A stretch of 62,367 bases of DNA, the filler included. It is 14 parts of 14 records of this genome, joined end to end, with 100 filler letters (N's around TTAATTAATTAA, not from the genome) between each part and the next. Parts side by side here need not be neighbours in the genome. Positions count along the whole stretch, not along the records: positions 19,699 to 29,656 come from SRR9188676_2405; positions 29,757 to 33,818 come from SRR9188676_2417; 12 more parts are not named here. The stretch is one strand, 5' to 3'. Shown here piece after piece: positions 22,533-31,613 of this stretch (positions within the stretch are counted from its first letter, which is position 1; the number at the start of each line of letters is the position of its first letter). A program made the position numbers and the translations under genes. The notes under the pieces were generated by a model. It was not told the origin of the DNA. It saw only the letters and a list, made by a program, of their open reading frames with translations, and did not search any database.

Positions 22533-22554
22533 CATCAAGTTTGAGAAATCAAAT

Positions 22555-22638
22555 GCCCAGATGGCGGAATTGGTAGACGCGCTGGTCTCAAACACCAGTG
22601 TCTTCACTGGCATGCCGGTTCGACTCCGGCTCTGGGTA
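22555..22638 (+). tRNA. tRNA-Leu(CAA), long variable arm, CCA not encoded
   Basis: Acceptor stem GCCCAGA/TCTGGGT; D-arm GGCGGAATTGGTAGACGC; anticodon arm CTGGT-CTCAAAC-ACCAG; T-arm GCCGG-TTCGACT-CCGGC. Confidence 0.96.
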
Positions 22639-22644
22639 CTTGTC

Positions 22645-22679
22645 AAAAGCCTGACTACTTTATGTAGTTAGGCTTTTTT
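22645..22679 (+). terminator. Intrinsic terminator after tRNA-Leu
   Basis: AAAAGCCTGACTAC-tttat-GTAGTTAGGCTTTTTT hairpin with U-tract. Confidence 0.8.
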
Positions 22680-22700
22680 ATTTTACTTCAATTTGTAATA

Positions 22701-22743
22701 TAAAAAATCCCCTCTCAACAAAATGTAAAGAGGGGATTTTTTT
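22701..22743 (-). terminator. Intrinsic (bidirectional-type) terminator downstream of metH
   Basis: AAAAAATCCCCTCT...AGAGGGGATTTTTTT hairpin flanked by A and T tracts. Confidence 0.8.
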
Positions 22744-22781
22744 GTTTTGACTACAATGTTCGAGATGAAATTCTGAAGTAC

Positions 22782-25700
22782 TTAATCATAATTCAACACA
22801 GGTGCTAACCATCTTTCAGTATCTTCCAAACTCATATTTTTTCGTTTGGCGTAGTCGATTACTTGGTCTTTAGCGATTTTACCTAATCCGAAGTATTTAC
22901 TATCTGGATGCGAGAAATACCATCCACTTACTGAACTGGCAGGGTACATCGCAAAACTTTCCGTCAGGATAATTCCTAATTTCTCCTCCGCTTGTAATAA
23001 TTCAAACAAAGTTGCTTTTTCGGTATGGTCTGGACAAGCTGGATAGCCCGGTGCTGGACGAATACCATCGTACTTCTCTGAAATCAAATCTTCTGTACTT
23101 AAATTTCCTTCATTAGAATATCCCCAAAACTCTTTACGAGTACGCTCGTGCATCAATTCAGCAAATGCTTCTGCCAAACGGTCGGCAAGGGCTTTTACCA
23201 TGATAGAATTATAGTCATCATGGTCACGGTCGTACTTTTCGATTAAGGCTTCAATGCCAATCCCAGCAGTAACAGCAAAAGCTCCGATATAATCCTGTTC
23301 TCCAGTTGTTACTGGTGCGATAAAGTCACTCAAGCAAAGGTTTGGCAAATGTGAAGCTTTTTGTCCTTGCTGACGAAGATTATGAAGTACTTTTGGGTTT
23401 TCTTCATTCTTTGTCACACGATATTCTGTATGAATATGAACGCCATGTTTTTCACAAGGAATTTCTCTGCTTACTTCTTCAAAATCAGAAAGAATTATAT
23501 CATCTTCATTTGAATTAGCAGGATAAAAACCAACCACCGCACGAGCCGTCAATAATTTATTATCAATGATTTCTTTCAATAAAGCTTGAGCATCATTGAA
23601 CAATTTACGTGCCTCCGCTCCTACTACTTCATTATCAAAAATCTTTGGATACTTTCCAGACAGTTGCCAAGTAGAGAAGAATGGAGTCCAGTCAATATAT
23701 TTGGCAATTTCGGCTAAATCATAATTATCGAAATAACGATTTCCTAAGAAAGTAGGCTTTTTCGCTTTGAAGTTAGTCCAGTCAATTTTATCTTTATTTA
23801 ATCTTGCCTTTTCAATCGGCACATAGTTTTTATCTTTTTGACGACCCGCATGGTCAACTCTCATCTGAGCATACTGTGCTTTAATTTCATCAAAAATTTC
23901 TTCTTTGGTTTGCTCACTTTGCATCAATCTACCAGCCACAGGCACACTTTTAGAAGCATCCAACACGTGAATTACTGGCCCAGAATAATGTGGGTCAATT
24001 TTCACCGCCGTATGAATTCTTGAAGTAGTTGCTCCACCAATCAACAAAGGCAATTTAAAACCTTGACGCTCCATTTCCTTGGCAACTCCCACCATTTCAT
24101 CCAATGAAGGCGTAATCAAACCCGAAAGTCCGATAATATCCACATTATGTTTTTTGGCTTCTTCCAAAATCTTAGGTGTTGGTACCATTACGCCCAAATC
24201 AATGATTTCGTAATTATTACAACCCAACACTACGCCCACAATATTTTTACCAATATCATGCACATCACCTTTTACCGTTGCCAACAAAATTTTACCTGCC
24301 GAAGAACTTTCACCTACTTGTTTTTCTGCTTCAATGTATGGCAACAAATATGCTACGGCTTTTTTCATCACACGAGCAGATTTTACTACTTGTGGCAAGA
24401 ACATTTTCCCTTCTCCAAACAAATCCCCTACTACGTTCATACCGTCCATTAATGGTCCTTCAATTACGTGTAAAGGTTTTTCTACTTGCTGACGAGCCTC
24501 CTCAACATCTTGGTCGATAAATTCTGTCAAACCTTTTATTAAGGCGTGTTCCAAACGTTTTGAAACAGGCAAATCTCTCCAAGCATTATCAATTACTTGT
24601 TCTTTTCCTTTTGATTTTACCGTTTCAGCAAAAGTCACTAAACGTTCAGTAGCATCTTCTCTGCGATTCAATAATACATCTTCGCAAAGCTCTAACATGT
24701 CTTTTGGAATATCGTCATAAACGCCTAACTGACCTGCATTTACGATTCCCATATCCATACCCGCTTTAATAGCATAGTATAAAAAGACCGTGTGCATAGC
24801 TTCACGAACTGGTTCATTGCCTCGGAAAGAGAATGAAATATTAGAAACCCCACCCGATACTTTTGCGAATGGAAGATTTTCTTTAATCCAACGAGTAGCA
24901 TTGATAAAGTCAACAGCATAATTATTATGCTCTTCCAAACCTGTGGCTACAGTAAGAATATTAGGGTCAAAAATGATGTCCTCCGCAGGGAAACCTACTT
25001 CATCCACCAAAATATCATAAGCACGTTTACAAATTTCTATACGTCTTTCATAAGAATCCGCCTGACCTTGTTCATCAAAAGCCATTACTACTGCAGAAGC
25101 TCCATAACGTTTTACTTTCTCAGCCGATTCTCTAAATTTTGTTTCTCCTTCTTTTAATGAAATTGAGTTTACGATAGATTTCCCTTGTACACATTTCAAA
25201 CCCGCTTCAATTACTTCCCATTTCGAGGAGTCAATCATAATCGGCAATTTAGCAATGTCTGGTTCAGCCATCAATAAATTCAAGAAGGTTTTCATGGCTT
25301 CAACGCCATCAATCATCCCTTCATCCAAGTTAACGTCGATTACTTGCGCACCACCATCTACTTGTTCACGAGCTACAGCAATGGCATCGTCGTATTTTCC
25401 TTCACGTACCAAACGAGCAAATTTCTTTGAACCCGTTACGTTACAACGCTCGCCAATGTTGACAAACATGGTATCTTCTTTAATAATCAAAGGCTCTAAA
25501 CCAGAGATTATTTGATGATTATGTACTTCTGGTAATTGGCGTGGAGGATATTTTGCTGCAACTTCAGCAATGGCTCTGATGTGTGCTGGCGTAGTGCCGC
25601 AACATCCGCCAATGATATTCATAAAACCATGTTGAAGAAAATCTTCGACAATCACAGCCATTTCTTCTGGCGATTGGTCGTACTCTCCCATTTCATTTGG

Positions 25701-26603
25701 CAAACCTGCATTCGGGTGAGCCGACACCATAAATGGCGCTTTATCAGCTAAAATCTGTACATAAGGACGCATCAAATCTGCTCCTAAAGCACAGTTCAAA
25801 CCGACAGAAAGTAAATCAATATGTGAAACAGAAGCTAAAAATGCTTCAGTGGTTTGTCCAGATAAAGTACGTCCAGAAGCATCAGTAATTGTTCCAGAAA
25901 CCATTACTGGAATTTTGGTGTCTGGCTTGGTTAATGCCGCTTTTGGATTATTTTGTTTTGGAATTGAAGTACTTTGTATCGGGCGAATCGTTCCATTCTT
26001 TTTATCATTCTGATATAAATCTATCGCATACAAAGCTGCTTTTGCATTCAAAGTATCGAAAATGGTTTCAACCAATAATACATCAGCACCTCCATCTACC
26101 AAACCTTGGATTTGTTCGTAATAAGCATCCACCAATTCATCAAAAGTAACTGCACGATAACCTGGGTCGTTTACATCTGGTGAAAGTGACAGTGTGCGGT
26201 TCGTTGGTCCAATTGAACCTGCTACAAAACGTGGTTTATTTGGATTTCTAGCCGTATATAAATCTGCTACTTCACGAGCAATTTTTGCTGATTCGTAGTT
26301 TAGTTCATACACATAATCTTCCATGTGATAATCAGCCATAGCGATAGACGTTCCCGAAAAAGTATTGGTTTCGGCAATATCTGCACCTGCTTCAAAGTAT
26401 TTCGCATGGATTTCTTTGATTACTTCTGGTTTTGTGATAGAAAGCATATCGTTGTTCCCCTTTACTTCATGCGGGAAATCACGAAATTTTTCACCTCTGT
26501 AATCGGCATCACTTAATTTATACTCTTGAATCAATGAACCCATCGCTCCGTCAAGAACAAGGATTCTGTTTTTCAAGATTTCTCTTATATTGGGATTGTT
26601 CAT
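22782..26603 (-). CDS. metH: Cobalamin-dependent methionine synthase (single polypeptide)
   Basis: [24 protein letters not shown] (homocysteine/Zn domain); [10 protein letters not shown] (pterin domain); DVHDIGKN and SGLITPSL (B12 binding); [12 protein letters not shown] (AdoMet domain). Probable start MNNPNIRE at 26603; frame is open from 26690. Confidence 0.97.
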   Translation of the reverse strand: MNNPNIREILKNRILVLDGAMGSLIQEYKLSDADYRGEKFRDFPHEVKGNNDMLSITKPEVIKEIHAKYFEAGADIAETNTFSGTSIAMADYHMEDYVYELNYESAKIAREVADLYTARNPNKPRFVAGSIGPTNRTLSLSPDVNDPGYRAVTFDELVDAYYEQIQGLVDGGADVLLVETIFDTLNAKAALYAIDLYQNDKKNGTIRPIQSTSIPKQNNPKAALTKPDTKIPVMVSGTITDASGRTLSGQTTEAFLASVSHIDLLSVGLNCALGADLMRPYVQILADKAPFMVSAHPNAGLPNEMGEYDQSPEEMAVIVEDFLQHGFMNIIGGCCGTTPAHIRAIAEVAAKYPPRQLPEVHNHQIISGLEPLIIKEDTMFVNIGERCNVTGSKKFARLVREGKYDDAIAVAREQVDGGAQVIDVNLDEGMIDGVEAMKTFLNLLMAEPDIAKLPIMIDSSKWEVIEAGLKCVQGKSIVNSISLKEGETKFRESAEKVKRYGASAVVMAFDEQGQADSYERRIEICKRAYDILVDEVGFPAEDIIFDPNILTVATGLEEHNNYAVDFINATRWIKENLPFAKVSGGVSNISFSFRGNEPVREAMHTVFLYYAIKAGMDMGIVNAGQLGVYDDIPKDMLELCEDVLLNRREDATERLVTFAETVKSKGKEQVIDNAWRDLPVSKRLEHALIKGLTEFIDQDVEEARQQVEKPLHVIEGPLMDGMNVVGDLFGEGKMFLPQVVKSARVMKKAVAYLLPYIEAEKQVGESSSAGKILLATVKGDVHDIGKNIVGVVLGCNNYEIIDLGVMVPTPKILEEAKKHNVDIIGLSGLITPSLDEMVGVAKEMERQGFKLPLLIGGATTSRIHTAVKIDPHYSGPVIHVLDASKSVPVAGRLMQSEQTKEEIFDEIKAQYAQMRVDHAGRQKDKNYVPIEKARLNKDKIDWTNFKAKKPTFLGNRYFDNYDLAEIAKYIDWTPFFSTWQLSGKYPKIFDNEVVGAEARKLFNDAQALLKEIIDNKLLTARAVVGFYPANSNEDDIILSDFEEVSREIPCEKHGVHIHTEYRVTKNEENPKVLHNLRQQGQKASHLPNLCLSDFIAPVTTGEQDYIGAFAVTAGIGIEALIEKYDRDHDDYNSIMVKALADRLAEAFAELMHERTRKEFWGYSNEGNLSTEDLISEKYDGIRPAPGYPACPDHTEKATLFELLQAEEKLGIILTESFAMYPASSVSGWYFSHPDSKYFGLGKIAKDQVIDYAKRKNMSLEDTERWLAPVLNYD

Positions 26604-26959
26604 ATCTTTTTTAGCGCTAGGCTGTAAGCAATTAGCTTTGAGCTTTTTTGACTTATTAATTTTTTCGCAATAACACTGGTCATGTTTCATCGTTTAAAGT
26701 AAGATTACTTATTAATTCGATGAAATTAAATCATACAGTTTGCACAATAAACTGCAAAATTACTGGTGTTAATTCAAATAACATAAATTAACTACAAAGT
26801 TATCCCAAAAAGATAATTCATTTGCTTTAATTCATCAATTTGGATATAATTTCTACTTTTAAATAGCCGATTGGATAATATTCATTAAATTCAAAGCTTA
26901 ATTTAAAAGAATAGGGATAAATTATCTCAGTAAATACTTAAACCACAAAACACATCAAC

Positions 26960-27418
26960 ATGAAACTAGACTCAACCGATCGAGAAATCTTAAAACATCT
27001 ACAGCAAGATGCTCATCTGACAACCAAAGAATTATCGGGAAGACTTAATTTATCACCTACTCCCGTTTATGAGCGTGTGCGAAGACTTGAAAAAGAAGGC
27101 GTTATAAAAGGTTATGTAGCCTTGGTAAATCGTGAGAAAATCGAAAAGGATTTAATGGTATTTTGTAGCATCCGTTTGAAAGAACATGCTCAAGAAGCAG
27201 GAGCAAAATTTGTACAAGAAATTGTTCAGCTAGATGAAGTACAAGAATGCTACAATATTTCGGGCGACTATGATTTTATGCTCAAAATTATCGTACACGA
27301 TATGCGTGAATACCAAGGTTTTTTAATGAATAAATTGGCTTCTTTAGAAAACATTGGCAGTACTCACAGTATTTTCGTGATGTCAGAAATTAAGGCAGAG
27401 ACTAAATTGAAGGTTTAG
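26960..27418 (+). CDS. Lrp/AsnC family transcriptional regulator
   Basis: LDSTDREILKHLQQDA...LSPTPVYERVRRLEKEGVI HTH plus RAM domain (ECYNISGDYDFML). Divergent from metH. Confidence 0.93.
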   Translation: MKLDSTDREILKHLQQDAHLTTKELSGRLNLSPTPVYERVRRLEKEGVIKGYVALVNREKIEKDLMVFCSIRLKEHAQEAGAKFVQEIVQLDEVQECYNISGDYDFMLKIIVHDMREYQGFLMNKLASLENIGSTHSIFVMSEIKAETKLKV

Positions 27419-27449
27419 GTTTGATTGATGATTGAACTTAATTTACCTC

Positions 27450-27491
27450 AACCAGTAGCGGCAGTCCCTTGGTTTGCCGCTACTGGTTTTT
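27450..27491 (+). terminator. Hairpin/terminator after the Lrp gene (REP-like palindrome)
   Basis: Perfect 14-bp stem AACCAGTAGCGGCA / TGCCGCTACTGGTT followed by Ts. Confidence 0.75.
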
Positions 27492-27678
27492 AAAAGGCAA
27501 AATAGTTTATTGAACTCCTTATAAGAAAATTTTATGTAGCACAAGCGGAAGCTCTTTTTACTTTGAGGAACATAGTTATATCAACGATTAGATGAAATTA
27601 CTAACAATTTGTTTTTTGATTTGATAGGAATACTTGTGATATTGAACCAGAAAATAAACCTTAAAATAACTACAAAAT

Positions 27679-28437
27679 ATGAAAGCGACGCTACGCCATT
27701 GTTTACTCTTGATACTTTTGTTTGACTTTTTTGTTGGACAAGCCCAAAAAGACAGACATTATCTTGGTATTTTAACAACCATGCTAAAAAAAGAAAACTC
27801 AGCTAAGCACTTCATTAAAAAATTAGATTCTTTACATAATAAATTTTCTCGTTATGCTCTTTCAAATACCTACATTGATAGAGATGTAGATTTTGATGTT
27901 TTTCATCTAAGAGTAAATATCTTTCTTGACTCAGAGAGCTATCAGATTGATTTACTAAAAGGGAATGATAGCCTACTTGCCAAATCTATCAAAAATTATC
28001 CAAACACATTAATTTCTGATAGTCTTTTATTTGTTACCATCGCTGATAGCAACAAAGTATTAAACTTCTTACGACAAAGAAATACTTTTTATCAATCTAA
28101 AAAATCAATATCCGATTTAATTAAAGAAATGACGATGTCAGAAGAATATGCTTTTAAATGTGGTTATGGAAGTGAAACCACTGAACAAGGCGCTATCGTT
28201 GAAGCATTCGTTGAAGAGGAAAACATTGATGAACTGCATAAAATGCTACAAAGTATTAATATTGAAACCCAAGCATTTGGTGTACAAGGATTTAGAATGT
28301 TAGAAGTAGTCAATTTTTATATTCCTAAGTATATCAGAAAAATCATTAGTCATATTAAAAAGAGAAATTCTGTTACCATAACTTGTGCTGGCTGTTTTAC
28401 AGGAGTTCTCGAACGTATTTACAATACTGAAAAATAA
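27679..28437 (+). CDS. Hypothetical exported protein (252 aa)
   Basis: Long ORF in AT-rich DNA, signal-peptide-like N-terminus, YAFKCG and TCAGC cysteine motifs. Confidence 0.75.
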   Translation: MKATLRHCLLLILLFDFFVGQAQKDRHYLGILTTMLKKENSAKHFIKKLDSLHNKFSRYALSNTYIDRDVDFDVFHLRVNIFLDSESYQIDLLKGNDSLLAKSIKNYPNTLISDSLLFVTIADSNKVLNFLRQRNTFYQSKKSISDLIKEMTMSEEYAFKCGYGSETTEQGAIVEAFVEEENIDELHKMLQSINIETQAFGVQGFRMLEVVNFYIPKYIRKIISHIKKRNSVTITCAGCFTGVLERIYNTEK

Positions 28438-28485
28438 TCTAAACGATAAGATAAACATAAGCAACAATACTTTAATAACATCTTT

Positions 28486-29427
28486 ATGAAACAACTATTG
28501 ACAATCACATTTTATCTATTTGTTTGTTTAAATAGCACCGGGCAAACTACAATATCCAATACCCTTACGCCAAAACATCAAAACATTAAAGGCACCAAAA
28601 TCAGTTTAATTCCTCCAAAAGGATTTGATAATGCTAGTAATTTTCTAGGACTTCAACAAAATGAAAGTGGTTCTACAATCATGATTATAGATTTACCTGC
28701 TCCTTTTTCAGAGATTTCTAAGGCTTTTACTAAAGAAACTTTTTTAACAAAAGGAATTGTGGCTAAAGAGATTGAGCATCTTACCTTTAATAATTTACCA
28801 GCTCTTTTTGTAACTGCAGAACAAAATGCCTACGGTAAAACTTTTTCAAAATTTATGTTAGTCTTTGGCTCTGAAAAAGAAATCATGATGATTAATGGAG
28901 CATTTCCAAACAATCTACAGGAGATTGGAGAAGAGATTAAAACATCAATACTTTCAAGCTATTATGATGCGAATAAGAAAATAAATCCATTTGAAAATAT
29001 AGATTATGAAATAGATGTTTCTTCGAGCAAGTTGATTTTTGCTAGTGGAATGGCAAACTCATTAACATTTACAAGTGATGGGAAATCACCTACGCAATCA
29101 AATGACAAAACGTATTTAATAGTTGCAAAATCATTCGGACAAATGGAAATTGCTGATAAAAAACTTTTCTCACTCAATAGACTTAAACAACTTCCTATGG
29201 AATTTGTAAAAACAGAAAGTATCCAAGAAATTTCTATTGATGGCATTGCGGGTTATGAAGTAATTGCTACGGTAAAAGACAAAAAAACAGGGGCTTTGGA
29301 GAAAACTTATCAAACAATTTTATTCAGTGATAATCTTTATTACATCCTCTCAGGGGGAACTAACAACGACTTCGATAATAATATCAATGCAATCAGAAAT
29401 GTTGTGAAAACATTTAAACGAAAATAG
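28486..29427 (+). CDS. Hypothetical exported protein (313 aa), possibly two PsbP/DcrB-like domains
   Basis: Signal peptide; SLIPPKGF, TFNNLPAL and SIDGIAGYE segments suggest a tandem Mog1/PsbP-like fold (inference). Confidence 0.75.
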   Translation: MKQLLTITFYLFVCLNSTGQTTISNTLTPKHQNIKGTKISLIPPKGFDNASNFLGLQQNESGSTIMIIDLPAPFSEISKAFTKETFLTKGIVAKEIEHLTFNNLPALFVTAEQNAYGKTFSKFMLVFGSEKEIMMINGAFPNNLQEIGEEIKTSILSSYYDANKKINPFENIDYEIDVSSSKLIFASGMANSLTFTSDGKSPTQSNDKTYLIVAKSFGQMEIADKKLFSLNRLKQLPMEFVKTESIQEISIDGIAGYEVIATVKDKKTGALEKTYQTILFSDNLYYILSGGTNNDFDNNINAIRNVVKTFKRK

Positions 29428-29461
29428 TTGAAGCTCTAGCTTAACTAAAATCACCCGAATA

Positions 29462-29545
29462 AGTAGCGGAATTCCTTTACGGTTGCCGAATTGGAAATAA
29501 TCCATCCAATTCGGCAACCGCAAGGGTTTGCCGTTACTGTTTTTT
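29462..29545 (+). repeat. Composite REP-like palindrome/terminator
   Basis: Outer arms AGTAGCGG...CCGTTACT shared with the 27450 hairpin; inner perfect 16-bp stem CGGTTGCCGAATTGGA/TCCAATTCGGCAACCG; T-tract follows. Confidence 0.75.
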
Positions 29546-29579
29546 ACTGATTATTCAACAAAATTGCGATACAAATTAT

Positions 29580-29656
29580 CAAAAAGAATACAAGCTCCCG
29601 CATTTAGTATTAGAGCATCCGCAAAAAGAATATAGGCTTCCGCATTTAGTATTGGA
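29580..29656. repeat. 21/42-bp periodic tandem repeat at contig end
   Basis: CAAAAAGAATAcAaGCTcCCGCATTTAGTATT repeated with a 42-nt period; CCGC recurs every 21 nt. Confidence 0.75.
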
Positions 29657-29948
29657 NNNNNNNNNNNNNNNNNNNNNNNNNNNNNNNNNNNNNNNNNNNN
29701 TTAATTAATTAANNNNNNNNNNNNNNNNNNNNNNNNNNNNNNNNNNNNNNNNNNNNGATGAGCCAAAATATATTGAAAGGCTGCCATATGAAAATTTGTA
29801 TCTCCCGGTTCACAGAATATCCTCTCGTATGTTAAAGAAAGATAGGACGCCGTCACTTCACCTCTCAGATAGAGTAGTAGTAAGAAGTGCAAACTCCCAT
29901 ATCATACCAGAGCCTACCCTACCATAATAGCCTGGGAAAGGATATATA

Positions 29949-30201
29949 CAGGGTGAGGCAAAAGTTTTGGCACCTTATTTCAGGCTTGATACCTCCTCCA
30001 GGTCAGCTGCTCGTTTCCTCATGTTTTATGGAATGTCATGCGGTAAGTTTTCATCTCAAGCCTTGCCTTCTCGGCAATTTCTCAAGATCAAAAGCAAGCA
30101 AAATATCGATAGCAACATGAAGTCGTGCCGTATGCGTTCTCAATCGCCAGATTTTCTGAAAAGCTAGAATGAAAAATAGGTGCCAGAACTTTTGCATCCT
30201 G
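29949..30201. mobile_element. Tc1/mariner-type non-autonomous MITE (253 bp)
   Basis: Imperfect TIRs CAGGGTGAGGCAAAAGTTTTGGCACCTTATTT versus (reverse complement) CAGGATGCAAAAGTTCTGGCACCTATTT, each flanked by TA (29947-29948, 30202-30203). No credible coding capacity. Confidence 0.7.
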
Positions 30202-30781
30202 TAGTACGGCTTTCGAGGTTGGGGTTTGGTGATCCGAGGGTGTGATGATCTGGTGTTCTCTTGGATTTGGAATCCGAGGGTTAAAAACCCTGGAACGGTT
30301 TGGGCTTCCAAAGAGCCAAGGAAGAGAGGATATGGAAACACACATTGAGTTCACTATCATTTGAAGTTATCTGTGTACACACGAAGAACCTTTAGCAAAA
30401 TCAGCAGCAGAAATAAAAAAAACGAAGTGAGAACAGACGATCGACTACATGAACTTCGAACTTTTCATAGTCCAAATTCCAAGAAGCGATGAGCGCATCC
30501 AGCGGCCAAAGCATTTCTCATGCTTCGAAAGACCTGCAACATGTCTTCGATAATAGAATGTGCGTGTCAGTAAGATTCAGGACCTAAGGCGAGTACTAGT
30601 CCTTCCATTCATAAAGCTCTATCACCCTCATTAATATCCGAAAGCAAAAGGGAGTGAGCATTACTGAAAAGATTTCCCTGAATGTTTTTCTTGTTTCTTC
30701 ATGAATGAAATCAATTTCGACTTCAATTCAGCCAAAAGTTTTGTCGCGAGATCAAAAATGTTGCTCGAGTTCTCATGACTC

Positions 30782-31372
30782 TCAAGTTCTGGTCGCATTC
30801 AATGATCTTACCATTCGATACTGGTATCCGGGACATCGAGCGCAGCAACAACAGCAAGCAAGAATGGAGAGCGGAATAATCGAACAGAGGACAATAATAA
30901 TGATGATTGCAGCCGCAATTTCTTCATCGGTCGGAACGTTCTCGCATGTGCCTACTCCGGTCTCGGAGTCATATGAGCATTTATCATAGTCCTTCATGGA
31001 GAAAAAAAAAATGTCAACAGTTATCCACAGAGAAAGAATGGAGAAGAAAATGGATCAGTGTCATGAGAAGAATAGAAAATGAAGAGATCAGAGTATGTAT
31101 CATGCAGCTCTAGATGAGTGTGAAAGGGGACTATTGCTCCACAATAAGTGAGCTTCCATATGTACGGAAATGTAGAATGAATCTGAGGAGGAACCTACCT
31201 TTCCGCAACAGTAAGGTGAGCAAGGACATTGGTAAGCACAGTCATCCGGATCAGCGCACATATTGACAAACCGACAGGGCATATCCTTATCGATATCACA
31301 TGTATCTTTCTCTGCAAAGGAGCTGCAGACAAATAGGGATACGATCAAAAGTAGAGTTTGGCAAGGCTTCAT
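30782..31372 (-). CDS. Small two-exon type I membrane protein: Cys-rich ectodomain, TM, poly-Cys tail (Shisa-like architecture)
   Basis: Exon 1 31372-31199 (signal peptide, Cys-rich); GT-AG intron; exon 2 30991-30782 with TM IAAAIIIIIVLCSIIPLSILA then CCCCCARCPGY. Confidence 0.7.
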
Positions 31373-31613
31373 TTTTTTGTTTGTGTGTGTGTGGAGGAAG
31401 TTCTCTGAGCTATCTTTACCCCCCCACTTTAAGTTGTCTGACTAAGATCTACAACGGATCTCTACCCCCCTCAAAGATCTAGTTCTATCACAACAAAAGG
31501 AATCTTTTTTTCTCTCGAACTGGCACGTGTAAAGGTACGTGAAATGCAGCAAGGATATTCTCTGAAACTATCTGACTTGGCAGAACTTGTCTCTCTTTAT
31601 ATTTCTCTTGCAA

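Noticed and set aside
22639-22781. Integrative element at tRNA-Leu
   Set aside because: No integrase or duplicated tRNA 3' end; the tRNA is followed directly by terminators and metH.
29580-29656. CRISPR array
   Set aside because: Units are contiguous with no unique spacers, and there are no cas genes on the contig.
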